From Gemmatimonadales bacterium (lineage in GTDB: Bacteria; Gemmatimonadota; Gemmatimonadetes; Gemmatimonadales; GWC2-71-9), in NCBI GenBank assembly GCA_035538515.1, contig DATLKF010000010.1, positions 194,679-258,678 on the forward strand: a DNA stretch of 64,000 bases, read 5' to 3'. A model generated the notes under the pieces. That model made no database searches. It saw only the letters and a list, made by a program, of their open reading frames with translations, and was not told the DNA's origin. Both the position numbers and the translations under genes were made by a program. Shown in pieces: positions 1 through 9,777 of this stretch. Positions within the stretch are counted from its first letter, which is position 1. Each line of letters opens with the position of its first letter.

Positions 1-724
1 GGTCGACGTGCTCAACACCAAGCCGAATGCTGTGCTCGGCATGGCGACGGGGTCCACGCCGCTCGGCCTGTACCAGGAGCTGGTGCGGCTGCACAAGGAG
101 GAGGAGCTCGACTTCTCTCGCGTGACGACCTTCAACCTCGATGAATACGTGGGCCTGCCCGTGAATCACCCGCAGAGCTACCACTATTTCATGCACGAGC
201 ACTTCTTCCAGCACGTGAACATCCCGCGGCAGAACATCAACATCCCCTCGGGCACCACCAGCAACTACCCCGCCTTCTGCCAATGGTACGAGAAACGCAT
301 CGCGGAATGCGGCGGGATCGATCTGCAGATCCTGGGCATCGGCTCCGACGGCCACATCGCCTTCAATGAACCCGGCAGCTCCCTCAGCTCCCGGACGCGA
401 CTGAAGACACTGTCCAAACAGACCATCGACGACAACGCCCGATTCTTCGACCGCCGCGAGGACGTGCCGGTGTACGCGATCACCATGGGCGTCGGGACCA
501 TCCTCGACGCGCGCAAGCTGGTGTTAGTCGCGAGCGGCAAGCACAAGGCGAAAGCGATAGCGCAGGCGGTGGAGGGGCCGGTCACCAGTATGGTGACGGC
601 CAGCGCGCTGCAGCTGCATCGTGATGCGATCGTGATCACCGACGAGGAAGCCGCGACTGATCTGACGATGCGCGACTACTACGAGTTCATCTACGCGGCC
701 AAGCCCGCGGCGCCGAAGTTCTGA
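1..724 (+). CDS. nagB: Glucosamine-6-phosphate deaminase, 5' end cut by window edge
   Basis: The frame of ORF 8..724 is open to the window start. Motifs GMATGSTP, FNLDEYVG and GIGSDGHIAFNEPGSS are typical of NagB. Confidence 0.9.
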   Translation, partial: VDVLNTKPNAVLGMATGSTPLGLYQELVRLHKEEELDFSRVTTFNLDEYVGLPVNHPQSYHYFMHEHFFQHVNIPRQNINIPSGTTSNYPAFCQWYEKRIAECGGIDLQILGIGSDGHIAFNEPGSSLSSRTRLKTLSKQTIDDNARFFDRREDVPVYAITMGVGTILDARKLVLVASGKHKAKAIAQAVEGPVTSMVTASALQLHRDAIVITDEEAATDLTMRDYYEFIYAAKPAAPKF

Positions 725-798
725 AATGTGGGGGACGCCGCGGCGGCGCAGGGCTCGCGCCGACCCGCTGCTCGCTGACGGTTGGGGAGCGTCGCACG

Positions 799-1668
799 TT
801 ACGTCTCCGCAGGGACTGACTCCAGGGTCAGCGCCCGGGTACGGAAGAACCGGTAGAGCAGCCACAGGTCGAGCAGGCCCACTGCGGCGAGCACAGTGAA
901 TGCGGCCCCGGTTTCGACCAGGCGCAGCTGCTGCAGCAGCGTCGAGATGCCATAGCCCACGACCCAGGCGTCAAAGCTCATGCACGCGCGCCGAAACGTC
1001 TCCGGTCGCACGTGGCGAATCAGCTGGACACCGAGCGGGATTCCTACGACGAGACTCGGGAGAATGTAGCGCACGAGACCGGCGCTCTCGACCGAAAACA
1101 TTCCCGCCCAATAGTACGCCAGGGCCGTGAACGTCGATTCCGCGAGCCGGACCAGTCCCAGCCCGGCCCGGAAGTCTTGCTTCATGAGCCCTTGATTGCT
1201 CAGCATCAGGGCCAACGGGGGACCGGAGATCGTAGTCACAGAGTAGAGCACGCCGAGGCCGCCTCCGAGCGCCAGCCCGACGGGGCGCTCGGCCCGGATC
1301 GGCCGGCGGTATCCCGCCGCCTGGAAGAGAATCAGCGGCAGCAAGACGGCGAAGGTCGCGAGCTTGAGCCACCCTGGGTGCACCCGGTGCGCTAGAGACG
1401 TTCCTACCACGACGCCGGGCACCAGCCCGAAGACTATCGGCAGGACCCGGCGCCAAACGCGCGGAACGCTCGCGCGATTGACCCAGAGGACGTACGCATT
1501 TAGAACCACCTCGATCCACACGAGCACTGGGTTGAGGATGCGATTCGTGTAGAAGAGCAAGGCTACCGGCACCGTGATCGATGAGAATCCGTAGCCCAGC
1601 GCGCCGTTGACGATCGCGGCCACGAGCGTGATGAGGATCAAGACGATGGCACTTGGACTCACATGCAT
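799..1668 (-). CDS. TauE/SafE (TSUP) family sulfite/anion exporter-like membrane protein
   Basis: 289-aa polytopic ORF. The N-terminus ALGYGFSSITVPVALLF and the Gly-rich helices are typical of the TSUP family. It is transcribed divergently from the sulfate assimilation operon. Confidence 0.8.
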   Translation of the reverse strand: MHVSPSAIVLILITLVAAIVNGALGYGFSSITVPVALLFYTNRILNPVLVWIEVVLNAYVLWVNRASVPRVWRRVLPIVFGLVPGVVVGTSLAHRVHPGWLKLATFAVLLPLILFQAAGYRRPIRAERPVGLALGGGLGVLYSVTTISGPPLALMLSNQGLMKQDFRAGLGLVRLAESTFTALAYYWAGMFSVESAGLVRYILPSLVVGIPLGVQLIRHVRPETFRRACMSFDAWVVGYGISTLLQQLRLVETGAAFTVLAAVGLLDLWLLYRFFRTRALTLESVPAET

Positions 1669-1690
1669 CCCTGTTGCGGTTCTCGTTGGT

Positions 1691-1731
1691 GTGTAAACAA
1701 AGGGCCCGACTCACGCTGGGGTGGTCGGGCC
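1691..1731 (-). promoter_or_regulatory. Terminator/attenuator-like hairpin in the 5' leader of the TauE/SafE gene
   Basis: The minus strand reads GGCCCGAC-13 nt loop-GTCGGGCC followed by CTTTGTTTAC. It ends about 34 nt upstream of the ATG at 1668. Confidence 0.35.
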
Positions 1732-2128
1732 TGGGAGCTCGAGGGGCGAGGAGGCTTGGTGTTACCTCATGTCGTCACTGGATGCGCCGGGACGTCCGTC
1801 CGACCCCTGGGGTGGAGGTGGCGATTACAACAACAGGCCAGAAGAATCGACGTGGTACGCATCCGAGCAGCAAGGTAGGAACGGCGTCGCTGCGTGTCAA
1901 CGATGCCCGTGCGCCCCTCCCCCTACCCGAGTGGGTGGCTTGTCACGTCGAGGTACGTGGTGTAAATAGCCATGCACAAGGACCCATGATCACTCACCGC
2001 GCCACCACGAACTGTTGTCCGACCTGTCGGATGATGTGTGCTCGCTCCTCGGGGAGCGGACGCGGTTGTGGCGCTGTGGTTGCCGGCATCGGATGACGTT
2101 CGACTAAACGGCACGCGCGACTCGATCT

Positions 2129-2170
2129 CGGGCCCGCTCCCCACTGGGGAAGCGGGCCCGATTCATTTCC
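2129..2170 (+). promoter_or_regulatory. Terminator/attenuator-like hairpin in the 5' leader of cysC
   Basis: CGGGCCCGCT(CCCC)-ACT-(GGGG)A-AGCGGGCCCG forms a stem of about 14 bp with one bulge, followed by ATTCATTTCC. It sits directly upstream of SD GGAGG (2171-2175) and ATG 2184. Confidence 0.4.
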
Positions 2171-2183
2171 GGAGGTTCGAGGC

Positions 2184-2768
2184 ATGGCTCACGCCGAAGT
2201 GGTCGGGAGCAGGGGTCGCATCACACAGGCGCACGGCTTTACCCTGTGGTTCACCGGCCTGTCGGGCGCAGGAAAGTCGACGCTCGCGGGCGCTGTGAGC
2301 GCCGAGCTGCACGGCCATGGGATGCGCGTCGAGGTGCTCGACGGGGACGATGTGCGTCGGAATCTCTCCAAGGGCCTGGGATTTTCGCGCGAGGATCGGG
2401 ACACCAACATTCGCCGCATCGGCTACGTGGCGAAGCTGCTCACGCGGAACGGCGTCGTCGTGATCACCGCCGCGATCTCTCCCTATCGCGCCATTCGGGA
2501 CGAGGTGCGTGGGGAGATCGACGCCTTCGTCGAGGTGTACGTGAAGGCCTCGCTCGACGAGTGTATCCGCCGGGACACCAAGGGATTGTATCGTCGCGCG
2601 CTGGCTGGAGCGATCCCCCAGTTCACCGGGGTGTCAGACCCGTACGAAGAGCCGCTCGCTCCCGAGCTGGTGATCGAAACCGAGCGCGAGGAAGTCGCCG
2701 AAAGCGCCACCCGCGTGATCGATCGTCTGCTCGAGCTCGGCCACCTCGCGCGCGGTGACGATGTTTAG
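2184..2768 (+). CDS. cysC: Adenylylsulfate (APS) kinase
   Basis: P-loop GLSGAGKST. LDGDDVR and FSREDRDTNIRR motifs. 194 aa. Confidence 0.93.
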   Translation: MAHAEVVGSRGRITQAHGFTLWFTGLSGAGKSTLAGAVSAELHGHGMRVEVLDGDDVRRNLSKGLGFSREDRDTNIRRIGYVAKLLTRNGVVVITAAISPYRAIRDEVRGEIDAFVEVYVKASLDECIRRDTKGLYRRALAGAIPQFTGVSDPYEEPLAPELVIETEREEVAESATRVIDRLLELGHLARGDDV

Positions 2769-3456
2769 CGCGGCGCAGGTTCGCGAGCAGGCCGTGGCTC
2801 TGCAAGGGGCCGATCCCGCGACGACGCTCACCTGGGCGATAGACACGTTCCCCAAGAAGGTCGCCCTGACGGTGAGCTTCGGCGGGGGCGGCGTGGTGCT
2901 GGCGTACCTTATCAGCCGCATCGACCGCACGGTGCCGGTGCTCTTTCTCGACACGCGCTTCCATTTCGCCGAGACCTACGCCTTCAAGCGACGGTTCGTC
3001 GAGCAGTACGGCCTCAATCTCGTGGAACTCGAGCCCGTGTCGGAGCCGGGTCCGCTATACCGAACCGATCCCGATCGGTGCTGCTTCATTCGCAAGGTCC
3101 AGCCGCTCGAGCGGGCCATCGTGGGATACGATGCCTGGATCAGCGCCGTACGGCAGGATCAGTCCGTTTCCCGCACGGCAACCGAGCTGCTCGAGTACCA
3201 CGAGGTCGGCGGGCGCCCGATCGTGAAGATCTTTCCGCTTGCTCACTGGAGCAGGGCCGACGTGTGGCGCTTCATCCGCGACAATGGCGTGCCGTACCAC
3301 CCGCTGCTCGATCAGGGCTACACGAGCATCGGCTGTTGGCCGTGCACGCGGCCCACGCTCCCCGGCGAGGCCGAGCGGGCGGGGCGGTGGAGCGGCACCG
3401 GCAAGACCGAGTGCGGGCTCCACACGTTCACCGTCAAGCGCGGGGAGGGAACATGA
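2755..3456 (+). CDS. cysH: Phosphoadenosine phosphosulfate/APS reductase, Fe-S (CC...CxxC) type
   Basis: PAPS_reduct fold with the C-terminal ECGLH motif. The Cys pair DRCCFIRK plus SIGCWPCT is the signature of APS-reductase-type CysH. It overlaps cysC by 14 nt. The start is GTG 2755 or ATG 2761. Confidence 0.9.
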   Translation: MTMFSAAQVREQAVALQGADPATTLTWAIDTFPKKVALTVSFGGGGVVLAYLISRIDRTVPVLFLDTRFHFAETYAFKRRFVEQYGLNLVELEPVSEPGPLYRTDPDRCCFIRKVQPLERAIVGYDAWISAVRQDQSVSRTATELLEYHEVGGRPIVKIFPLAHWSRADVWRFIRDNGVPYHPLLDQGYTSIGCWPCTRPTLPGEAERAGRWSGTGKTECGLHTFTVKRGEGT

Positions 3457-4598
3457 CGATAGCGCCGCACGGCGGCACGCTGGTGAAGCGGTTGATCAAG
3501 GACGAGGAGCAACCGGCCGCGCTGGAGCTGGCCGCCGGGCTGCCGTCCGTCACGCTCGACGCGCGTGGCGCCGCGGATCTCGAGCTGATTGCGACGGGCG
3601 CCTACAGCCCCCTCACGGGCTTCATGGGGTTGGCCGACTACCAGCGCGTGACTCATGAGATGCGCCTCGCGAGCGGCCTGCCGTGGTCACTCCCAATCAC
3701 GCTACGGGTGACGGATGCCAAGGCGCTGCGCGAGACTGTCGCGCTCAAGGGCCCGGACGCGACGATTCTGGGCCTGCTCGACGTAACAGACGTCTACACC
3801 CATCCGAAGGACGAGGAAGCGCAGCTCGTGTTCGGGACGAGAGACGTGAGGCATCCGGGCGTGGCGCAGCTGCTCGCACAGGGCGAGGTTCTCGTCGGCG
3901 GCGACATCCTCCTGCTGCGGCGCACCGCACCCCTGTTTGCCGAGCTGGCGTTGGATCCGGCCGAGACGCGGCGCGTATTCGCCGAGCGCGGCTGGCGCAC
4001 AGTGGTCGGGTTTCAGACGCGGAACCCCGTGCACCGCGCGCACGAATACATCCAGAAAGCCGCGCTGGAGACCGTCGACGGCTTGTTGTTGCATCCGCTG
4101 CTCGGGCCCACCAAAGACGACGACGTTCCCGCCGCGGTGCGCGTCCAGAGCTATCGCGTTTTACTCGAGCGTTACTATCCGCGGGACCGCGTACTCCTGT
4201 CCGGGTTTCCGGCCGCGATGCGGTACGCCGGCCCGCGTGAGGCCGTGTTTCACGCGCTCGTGCGCAAGAACTACGGCTGCACCCATTTCATCGTGGGCCG
4301 GGATCACGCGGGCGTCGGGAATTACTACGGCTCTTATGATGCCCAGCGCATCTTCGACCGGTTCGCGCCGGGCGAGCTCGGTATTCATCCCGTCTGTTTC
4401 GAGCACACGTTCTACTGCCAGCGCTGCGGCGGCATGGCCTCGCCCAAGACCTGCCCACACGACGCGGCGTCTCACGTCACGCTCTCGGGCACCAAAGTGC
4501 GGGAGATGTTGCGCAGCGGCTCGCTCCCGCCCCCCGAGTTCAGCCGTCCGGAGGTGGTGCAGGTGCTCGCCGACGGATTACGGGAGGCAGTCGCATGA
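3453..4598 (+). CDS. sat: Sulfate adenylyltransferase (ATP sulfurylase, Sat type)
   Basis: Motifs [11 protein letters not shown] and [11 protein letters not shown] 3453 overlaps the cysH stop (ATGA). The upstream part of ORF 3078..4598 is rejected as an extension. Confidence 0.92.
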   Translation: MTIAPHGGTLVKRLIKDEEQPAALELAAGLPSVTLDARGAADLELIATGAYSPLTGFMGLADYQRVTHEMRLASGLPWSLPITLRVTDAKALRETVALKGPDATILGLLDVTDVYTHPKDEEAQLVFGTRDVRHPGVAQLLAQGEVLVGGDILLLRRTAPLFAELALDPAETRRVFAERGWRTVVGFQTRNPVHRAHEYIQKAALETVDGLLLHPLLGPTKDDDVPAAVRVQSYRVLLERYYPRDRVLLSGFPAAMRYAGPREAVFHALVRKNYGCTHFIVGRDHAGVGNYYGSYDAQRIFDRFAPGELGIHPVCFEHTFYCQRCGGMASPKTCPHDAASHVTLSGTKVREMLRSGSLPPPEFSRPEVVQVLADGLREAVA

Positions 4599-4745
4599 CG
4601 CTACCGAGGGTGGGCGGGACTCTACGCCGGATCGCACGCTTGCTGCGCCGTGTCATGGCCGGGGTGCAGCCCTGGGACTGGGACGAATTACCGGTTCGTC
4701 ACTGGTGGGATGTCTACACGAAATGAGTGTGAGGGGAGCGGCTCG

Positions 4746-6452
4746 ATGGCTGACGAGCAGCAGCTGAGCGCGGTCGAGAAGGTGAAGGAGGAGAGCGTCG
4801 GTTTGCGAGGGCGTCTCGCCGAGCAGCTCGCCTCGGATACCGACCATTTTTCCGACGCGAGTGCGCAGCTCCTCAAGTTCCACGGGACGTATCAACAGGA
4901 GGATCGTGACGAGCGCCGCCAGCGACGCGGCACCGACGCCGAGCCCGCCCACCAGTTCATGGTGCGCTGCAAGATTCCCGGTGGTGTCCTCACGGGCGCG
5001 CAGTACCTCACGATCGACGAGCTGGCCGACCGCTACGGCAACGGCACGCTACGCGTGACCACCCGCCAGGGGAATCAGTTTCACGGCGTGCTCAAGGGCG
5101 ATCTGAAGGCGACGATCCGCACCGTGAACGCCGTCCTGGTCACGACGCTCGGCGCTTGTGGCGACGTGGTGCGGAACGTCGTGTGTTGCCCCGCACCCGT
5201 GACCGGCGGACTGCGAAACGACGTGTTGCAGGTCGCCCGGCGGCTCTCAGATCACCTGCTTCCCCGGACACGCGCGTACCACGAGATCTGGCTGGACGGC
5301 GAGCAGGTCGCGGCGGGGGCGGGTGGGGAGCCGGAGCCGATCTACGGGACTCGCTACCTGCCGCGGAAGTTCAAAGTCGCGTTCGCGTTCCCGGACGACA
5401 ACTGCTGCGACGTGCACTCGAACGACTTGGGTTTCCTTGTCGTCGCCGAGGGCGGCGGCCGACTGCGCGGGTTCAATGTGCTGGTGGGCGGGGGTATGGG
5501 GAGGACCTATGGCAAGACGGATACCTATCCCCGGCTCGCCGATGTGCTGGGATTCGTCGCCACCGACGAGGTAATCGAGGTCGCGGAGGCGGTGGTGACG
5601 GTGCAGCGCGATTACGGAAACCGCGGTGACCGCCGCCATGCGAGACTCAAGTACCTGCTCGACAGGCGGGGACTCGACTGGTTCCGGGGTGAGGTGGAGC
5701 GGCGGCTCGGCCGCGCCCTGGCGGCGCCCGCACCCGTCCAGATCTCCGATATCGAAGATCACCTGGGCTGGCATGAGCAGGGCGGCGGGCGCTCGTTCCT
5801 GGGGCTGTTCATCGAGAACGGTCGCATCCGGGACGGCGATGGTCAGAAACGGCGGAGCGCGATACGCCGGATCGTCTCGGTACTCGACTGCGGCGTCCGG
5901 CTGACTCCCCAGCAGAATCTGCTGCTGACGGATGTCCCGAGTCGCCACCACCGGCTGGTGGAGCGGATCCTGGCCGATCACGGCGTGCCATGGGCGGGGG
6001 AGGCCGGGGGGGCGCCGTCCGCCGTACGGCGCTGGTCCCTGGCGTGTCCCGCGCTCCCGACGTGCGGGCTCGCGCTCGCGGAGGCCGAGCGTGTGCTCCC
6101 CGACGTGATCGCGGAGCTGGAGCGGGAGCTCGACAGGCTCGGCGTGGGTGACACGGCGCTCACGGTGCGGATGACCGGCTGCCCCAACGGCTGCGCCCGG
6201 CCCTACACGGCGGACCTCGCGTTCGTGGGTCGCTCGCTGCACAAATACGCCGTGTTCGTGGGTGGCAGCATGCTGGGTACGCGCCTCGCGACGCCGTACG
6301 CGGATCTGGTCCCGCGGGACCGGCTCATCGCCACTCTCCGGCCGCTGTTCGAGCGGTACCGCGACGAGCGACTGGAAAACGAGCGGTTCGGCGACTTTTG
6401 CCATCGTGTCGGTATCGAGGCGCTGCGCTCCGCGCTGCCGGTGAGCCCTTGA
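4746..6452 (+). CDS. cysI: Assimilatory sulfite reductase hemoprotein (CysI/Sir family)
   Basis: LKFHGTYQQEDRD N-terminal motif. C-terminal siroheme/4Fe-4S Cys cluster (ACPALPTCGLA ... MTGCPNGCARP). ATG 4746 is preceded by GAGGGGAG. Confidence 0.9.
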   Translation: MADEQQLSAVEKVKEESVGLRGRLAEQLASDTDHFSDASAQLLKFHGTYQQEDRDERRQRRGTDAEPAHQFMVRCKIPGGVLTGAQYLTIDELADRYGNGTLRVTTRQGNQFHGVLKGDLKATIRTVNAVLVTTLGACGDVVRNVVCCPAPVTGGLRNDVLQVARRLSDHLLPRTRAYHEIWLDGEQVAAGAGGEPEPIYGTRYLPRKFKVAFAFPDDNCCDVHSNDLGFLVVAEGGGRLRGFNVLVGGGMGRTYGKTDTYPRLADVLGFVATDEVIEVAEAVVTVQRDYGNRGDRRHARLKYLLDRRGLDWFRGEVERRLGRALAAPAPVQISDIEDHLGWHEQGGGRSFLGLFIENGRIRDGDGQKRRSAIRRIVSVLDCGVRLTPQQNLLLTDVPSRHHRLVERILADHGVPWAGEAGGAPSAVRRWSLACPALPTCGLALAEAERVLPDVIAELERELDRLGVGDTALTVRMTGCPNGCARPYTADLAFVGRSLHKYAVFVGGSMLGTRLATPYADLVPRDRLIATLRPLFERYRDERLENERFGDFCHRVGIEALRSALPVSP

Positions 6453-7957
6453 CGGCGTTTTACCCGGTGTTCCTCAATGTCCGGGGACGGCGCGCCGTGG
6501 TGGTTGGTGGCGGCGCGGTCGCGGAGCAGAAGGTGCGCGGGCTGCTCGCGGCGGGCGCGCACGTCACCGTTGTGAGCCCGGAGACGACCCACCACTTGGC
6601 TGATTTGGCCGCGCGAGGCGCGATCGACGTCCGGCGCCGCCCGTATCGCAATGGTGATCTCGCCGGCGCGTGGCTGGGGGTTGCCGCAACGGACGATCGC
6701 ACGGTCAACGGCGCGGCATGGGCCGAGGCCGAGCAGCGTGGCGTGCCGTTCAATGCGGTAGACGACCTCGAGCATTGCAGCTTCATCGCGCCCGCTATTC
6801 ATGAGGAAGGGGACATCACGGTCGCGGTCTCGACCGCGGGGAAGAGCCCGGCGCTCGCCGTTCGGCTGCGCGACCGCATCGCCCGGCTGATCGGCCGCGC
6901 CGAGGCGCGATTCTGCCGGCTCCTAGGCGACCTGCGGTCAGAGCTTGCCGCGCGCGTGCCCGATGCCGACGCACGCAAAGCGCTCTGGTACCGCATTGTC
7001 GATTCCGACGTGATCGAGTTCGTGCGCAGCGGAGACGAGGAGGGGGCGCGGCGGCGAGTGGATGACCTTCTGGGGGTTGTGCCCTCGGTTGCGCGGCTGA
7101 AGCCGCGGCTCGGCCCTGCCGCTCAAGCGGCGAGTGTACGCCCGTTTACGGGCAAACGCCGAGCCGCGAGTTCACTCGCGCACGAAGCGGGGATCGTCTA
7201 TCTCGTGGGCGCCGGCCCCGGTGATCCCGGCCTGATTACCGCGAAGGGACTGGAGTTGCTCCGATCGGCTGACGTGGTCGTCTATGATCGGCTCGTCGAT
7301 CCGACTCTCGTCGAGGAGGCGTCACCAGACGCGGAGCGGGTGTGGGCGGGCAAGCATCCCCATGGAGTGGGGGCGCCCGGGGTATCGCAGGAAGAGATCA
7401 ATGCCCTGCTCGTCGACCGGGCGCGACGCGGGCTGGTGGTCGTGCGGCTCAAGGGGGGCGATCCGTTCGTGTTCGGTCGTGGCGCTGAGGAGTGCGAGGC
7501 GCTCGAGGCCGCGGGCGTGCCGTTTCACGTGGTCCCCGGTGTGACTTCCGCGATCGCGGCGCCCGCCGCGGCGGGGATACCCGTCACCCACCGGCGGCTC
7601 GCGTCGGCATTCGCCGTGGTCACGGGGCACGAGTGTGAGGGCCTGTCGGACCTGGACTGGGAGGCGCTCGCCCGCGTGCCGACGCTCGTGGTGTTGATGG
7701 GGCTGCGGGCGCTCGCCGCGATTACGGCCCGGCTGATCGCACGCGGCATGCGGCCCGAGACGCCGGCGGCGGTGATCGCGAGCGCCACGCTTCCAAACCA
7801 GCGGACCGTGACAGGCAGCCTCGCGACGATCGCCGGGCGGGTGCGGGCGGCGGGGCTCGAAGCTCCCGCGACGCTGGTCGTCGGCGAAGTCGTCAAGTCG
7901 GCTGCGCTCACCGAGCCGCACCCAGAAGAACTGGCGGAGGTTTCCGCCCCGAAGTAA
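6398..7957 (+). CDS. cysG: Siroheme synthase (precorrin-2 dehydrogenase/ferrochelatase + uroporphyrinogen-III C-methyltransferase)
   Basis: N-terminal Rossmann motif VVVGGGAVAEQK. C-terminal SUMT motif VGAGPGDPGLIT..VVVYDRL. An alternative TTG start at 6449 overlaps the cysI stop. Confidence 0.88.
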   Translation: MPSCRYRGAALRAAGEPLTAFYPVFLNVRGRRAVVVGGGAVAEQKVRGLLAAGAHVTVVSPETTHHLADLAARGAIDVRRRPYRNGDLAGAWLGVAATDDRTVNGAAWAEAEQRGVPFNAVDDLEHCSFIAPAIHEEGDITVAVSTAGKSPALAVRLRDRIARLIGRAEARFCRLLGDLRSELAARVPDADARKALWYRIVDSDVIEFVRSGDEEGARRRVDDLLGVVPSVARLKPRLGPAAQAASVRPFTGKRRAASSLAHEAGIVYLVGAGPGDPGLITAKGLELLRSADVVVYDRLVDPTLVEEASPDAERVWAGKHPHGVGAPGVSQEEINALLVDRARRGLVVVRLKGGDPFVFGRGAEECEALEAAGVPFHVVPGVTSAIAAPAAAGIPVTHRRLASAFAVVTGHECEGLSDLDWEALARVPTLVVLMGLRALAAITARLIARGMRPETPAAVIASATLPNQRTVTGSLATIAGRVRAAGLEAPATLVVGEVVKSAALTEPHPEELAEVSAPK

Positions 7958-7967
7958 ATCCTCCAGC

Positions 7968-9041
7968 TTGAGACTGGCCATTCCGTGCCCGGTCCTGGTC
8001 CCGCTCGTGCTTCACGCGAGCGTAGGACTCGCGCAGCAGGAGCGGCTCGATTCGCTCTGGTCGCCGGGCGCTTCACACACCACTGCTTCTCTCCGCGGGC
8101 TGGCCGTTACGCCCGGGATCGTGTGGGCAAGTGGGCAGCGGGGGACGTTCCTACGCTCCACCGACGCCGGCGCGACCTGGATCACGGATTCGGTTCCCGG
8201 CGCCGCCGCGTTCGACTTCCGTGGCGTGGCGGCGCTTGACGCGCGCACGGCGCTCCTGATGGTGGCGGCCCAGGACACGGCTCGGATTTATCGGACAACG
8301 GATGCCGGACGAACTTGGGCCGTCGTGTACGACGATCGGCGGCCCGGCGCCTTTCTGGACGCGATTGCGGTCTGGGATCGCAGACGCGCGATCGCGCTCG
8401 GCGACCCGATGGATGGCGTTTTCGTCGTCCTGCTGAGCGACGACGATGGCGCCCATTGGACGCGAGCCCCCCCGACGGCCCTGCCGCGCGCGCTCCCTGG
8501 CGAAGGCGCGTTCGCTGCGAGCAATAGCTGCCTGATCACCGGTCCCGGCGGCACCGCCTGGTTCGCGAGCGGCGGCGGCGCGGTTGCTCGGGTGTTCCAC
8601 ACGACGGACTTCGGGCGCAGCTGGAGCGTAGTCGATACGCCGCTCCCGGCAGGAGACGGGGCTTCGGGCATCTTCTCGCTGGCGTTTCGTGACTCCCTCC
8701 ATGGCGTGGCGGTCGGCGGTGACTATCAGGCATCGGACTCGGTGCGGGCGAATGTGGCCCTCACGAGTGACGGGGGACGGCACTGGACGCTCGCGGACCC
8801 AGCCCGCGCAACGAGGTTTCTCTCGGGGGTCGCGTACACCGGCTCGTCGCCTGATGCCCCAGTCGTGGCCGTCGGTACCCGGGGCACCTGGGTATCACTC
8901 GACGGCGGCCTCATATGGTCGTGGACCGGCTCGTCGCCCTACAACGCGGTCGTGGCGACCGGCGGGACGGCGGTGGCCGTCGGACCTCATGGCGCCGTGG
9001 CGACCTGGTCGGCCTTCGATTACCTTCGCCGCTCTCACTAA
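7968..9041 (+). CDS. Secreted BNR/Asp-box repeat beta-propeller protein (Ycf48/sialidase-like)
   Basis: Signal peptide followed by repeated SxDxGxTW boxes (STDAGATW, TTDAGRTW, SDDDGAHW, TTDFGRSW, TSDGGRHW, SLDGGLIW). TTG start. Confidence 0.75.
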   Translation: MRLAIPCPVLVPLVLHASVGLAQQERLDSLWSPGASHTTASLRGLAVTPGIVWASGQRGTFLRSTDAGATWITDSVPGAAAFDFRGVAALDARTALLMVAAQDTARIYRTTDAGRTWAVVYDDRRPGAFLDAIAVWDRRRAIALGDPMDGVFVVLLSDDDGAHWTRAPPTALPRALPGEGAFAASNSCLITGPGGTAWFASGGGAVARVFHTTDFGRSWSVVDTPLPAGDGASGIFSLAFRDSLHGVAVGGDYQASDSVRANVALTSDGGRHWTLADPARATRFLSGVAYTGSSPDAPVVAVGTRGTWVSLDGGLIWSWTGSSPYNAVVATGGTAVAVGPHGAVATWSAFDYLRRSH

Positions 9042-9046
9042 ATCCT

Positions 9047-9777
9047 ATGTCACCCTTCCTAGCTGAAGTGCTCGGCACCATGCTGCTGATCGTCCTGGGC
9101 GACGGCGTGGTCGCGAACGTGGTGCTCGCCAGGACCAAGGGCCAGAACGCGGGCTGGATCGTCATCACCGCAGGCTGGGCGTTCGGCGTGACGGTCGCGG
9201 TGTATGCCGTCGGGACGTTCAGCGGCGCCCATCTGAACCCCGCGGTGACCATCGGCCTCGCCTCCATCGGCAAGTTCCCCTGGGCCTCAGTGCCCGGCTA
9301 CATCGTGGCGCAAATGCTCGGGGCATTTCTTGGTGCAAGCGCGGTGTGGCTCGCCTACTTGCCCCATTGGTCGCTCACGAGAACCAGGCGTCGAAGCTGG
9401 CGGTCTTCTGTACCGGCCCCGCCATCCGCAACTCCGGCGCGAACCTCGTGACCGAGATCATCGGGACCTTCGTGCTGGTGCTCGGCGTGCTGGCGATCCT
9501 GACGCCGAAGAATCTCAACCCGACGCACGGTTGGGATGTGGGATTCGGGCCATTCCTGGTCGGCATCATCGTGTGGGCGATCGGCCTGTCGCTGGGCGGG
9601 CCGACCGGCTACGCAATCAACCCGGCGCGGGACCTGGGCCCCCGGATCGCGCACTTTCTCTTGCCGATCCAGGGTAAGGGACACTCCGACTGGGGCTACG
9701 CGTGGGTCCCGGTCGCCGGACCGATCATCGGCGGCCTGATCGCCGCTTTCCTTTATAGAGTGGTGTGGCCCACATGA
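9047..9777 (+). pseudogene. glpF: Glycerol uptake facilitator (aquaglyceroporin), split by a 1-nt frameshift (or sequence indel)
   Basis: The N-half with the first NPA box ([10 protein letters not shown]) lies in ORF 8915..9451, starting at ATG 9047. The C-half with the second NPA box (YAINPARD) lies in ORF 9346..9777, in another frame. The junction HWSLT|ENQASKL implies one missing base near 9377-9380. Confidence 0.8.

Noticed and set aside
2078-2086. CCGGCAACC on the minus strand, reminiscent of the GCAACC core of SAM-I/SAM-IV riboswitches, within the sulfur-gene leader region.
   Set aside because: The other obligatory SAM-box elements (GAGGGA, GGUGCUAA, a P1 pairing) are not present nearby. 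The motif also lies upstream of the putative minus-strand promoter.
3078-3452. 5' extension of the sat ORF, and the analogous extensions 22903-23262 (K1) and 57973-58305 (LamG-like protein).
   Set aside because: The extensions overlap well-supported upstream genes in other frames and lack homology. Internal ATGs with coupling overlaps or SD sequences fit better.
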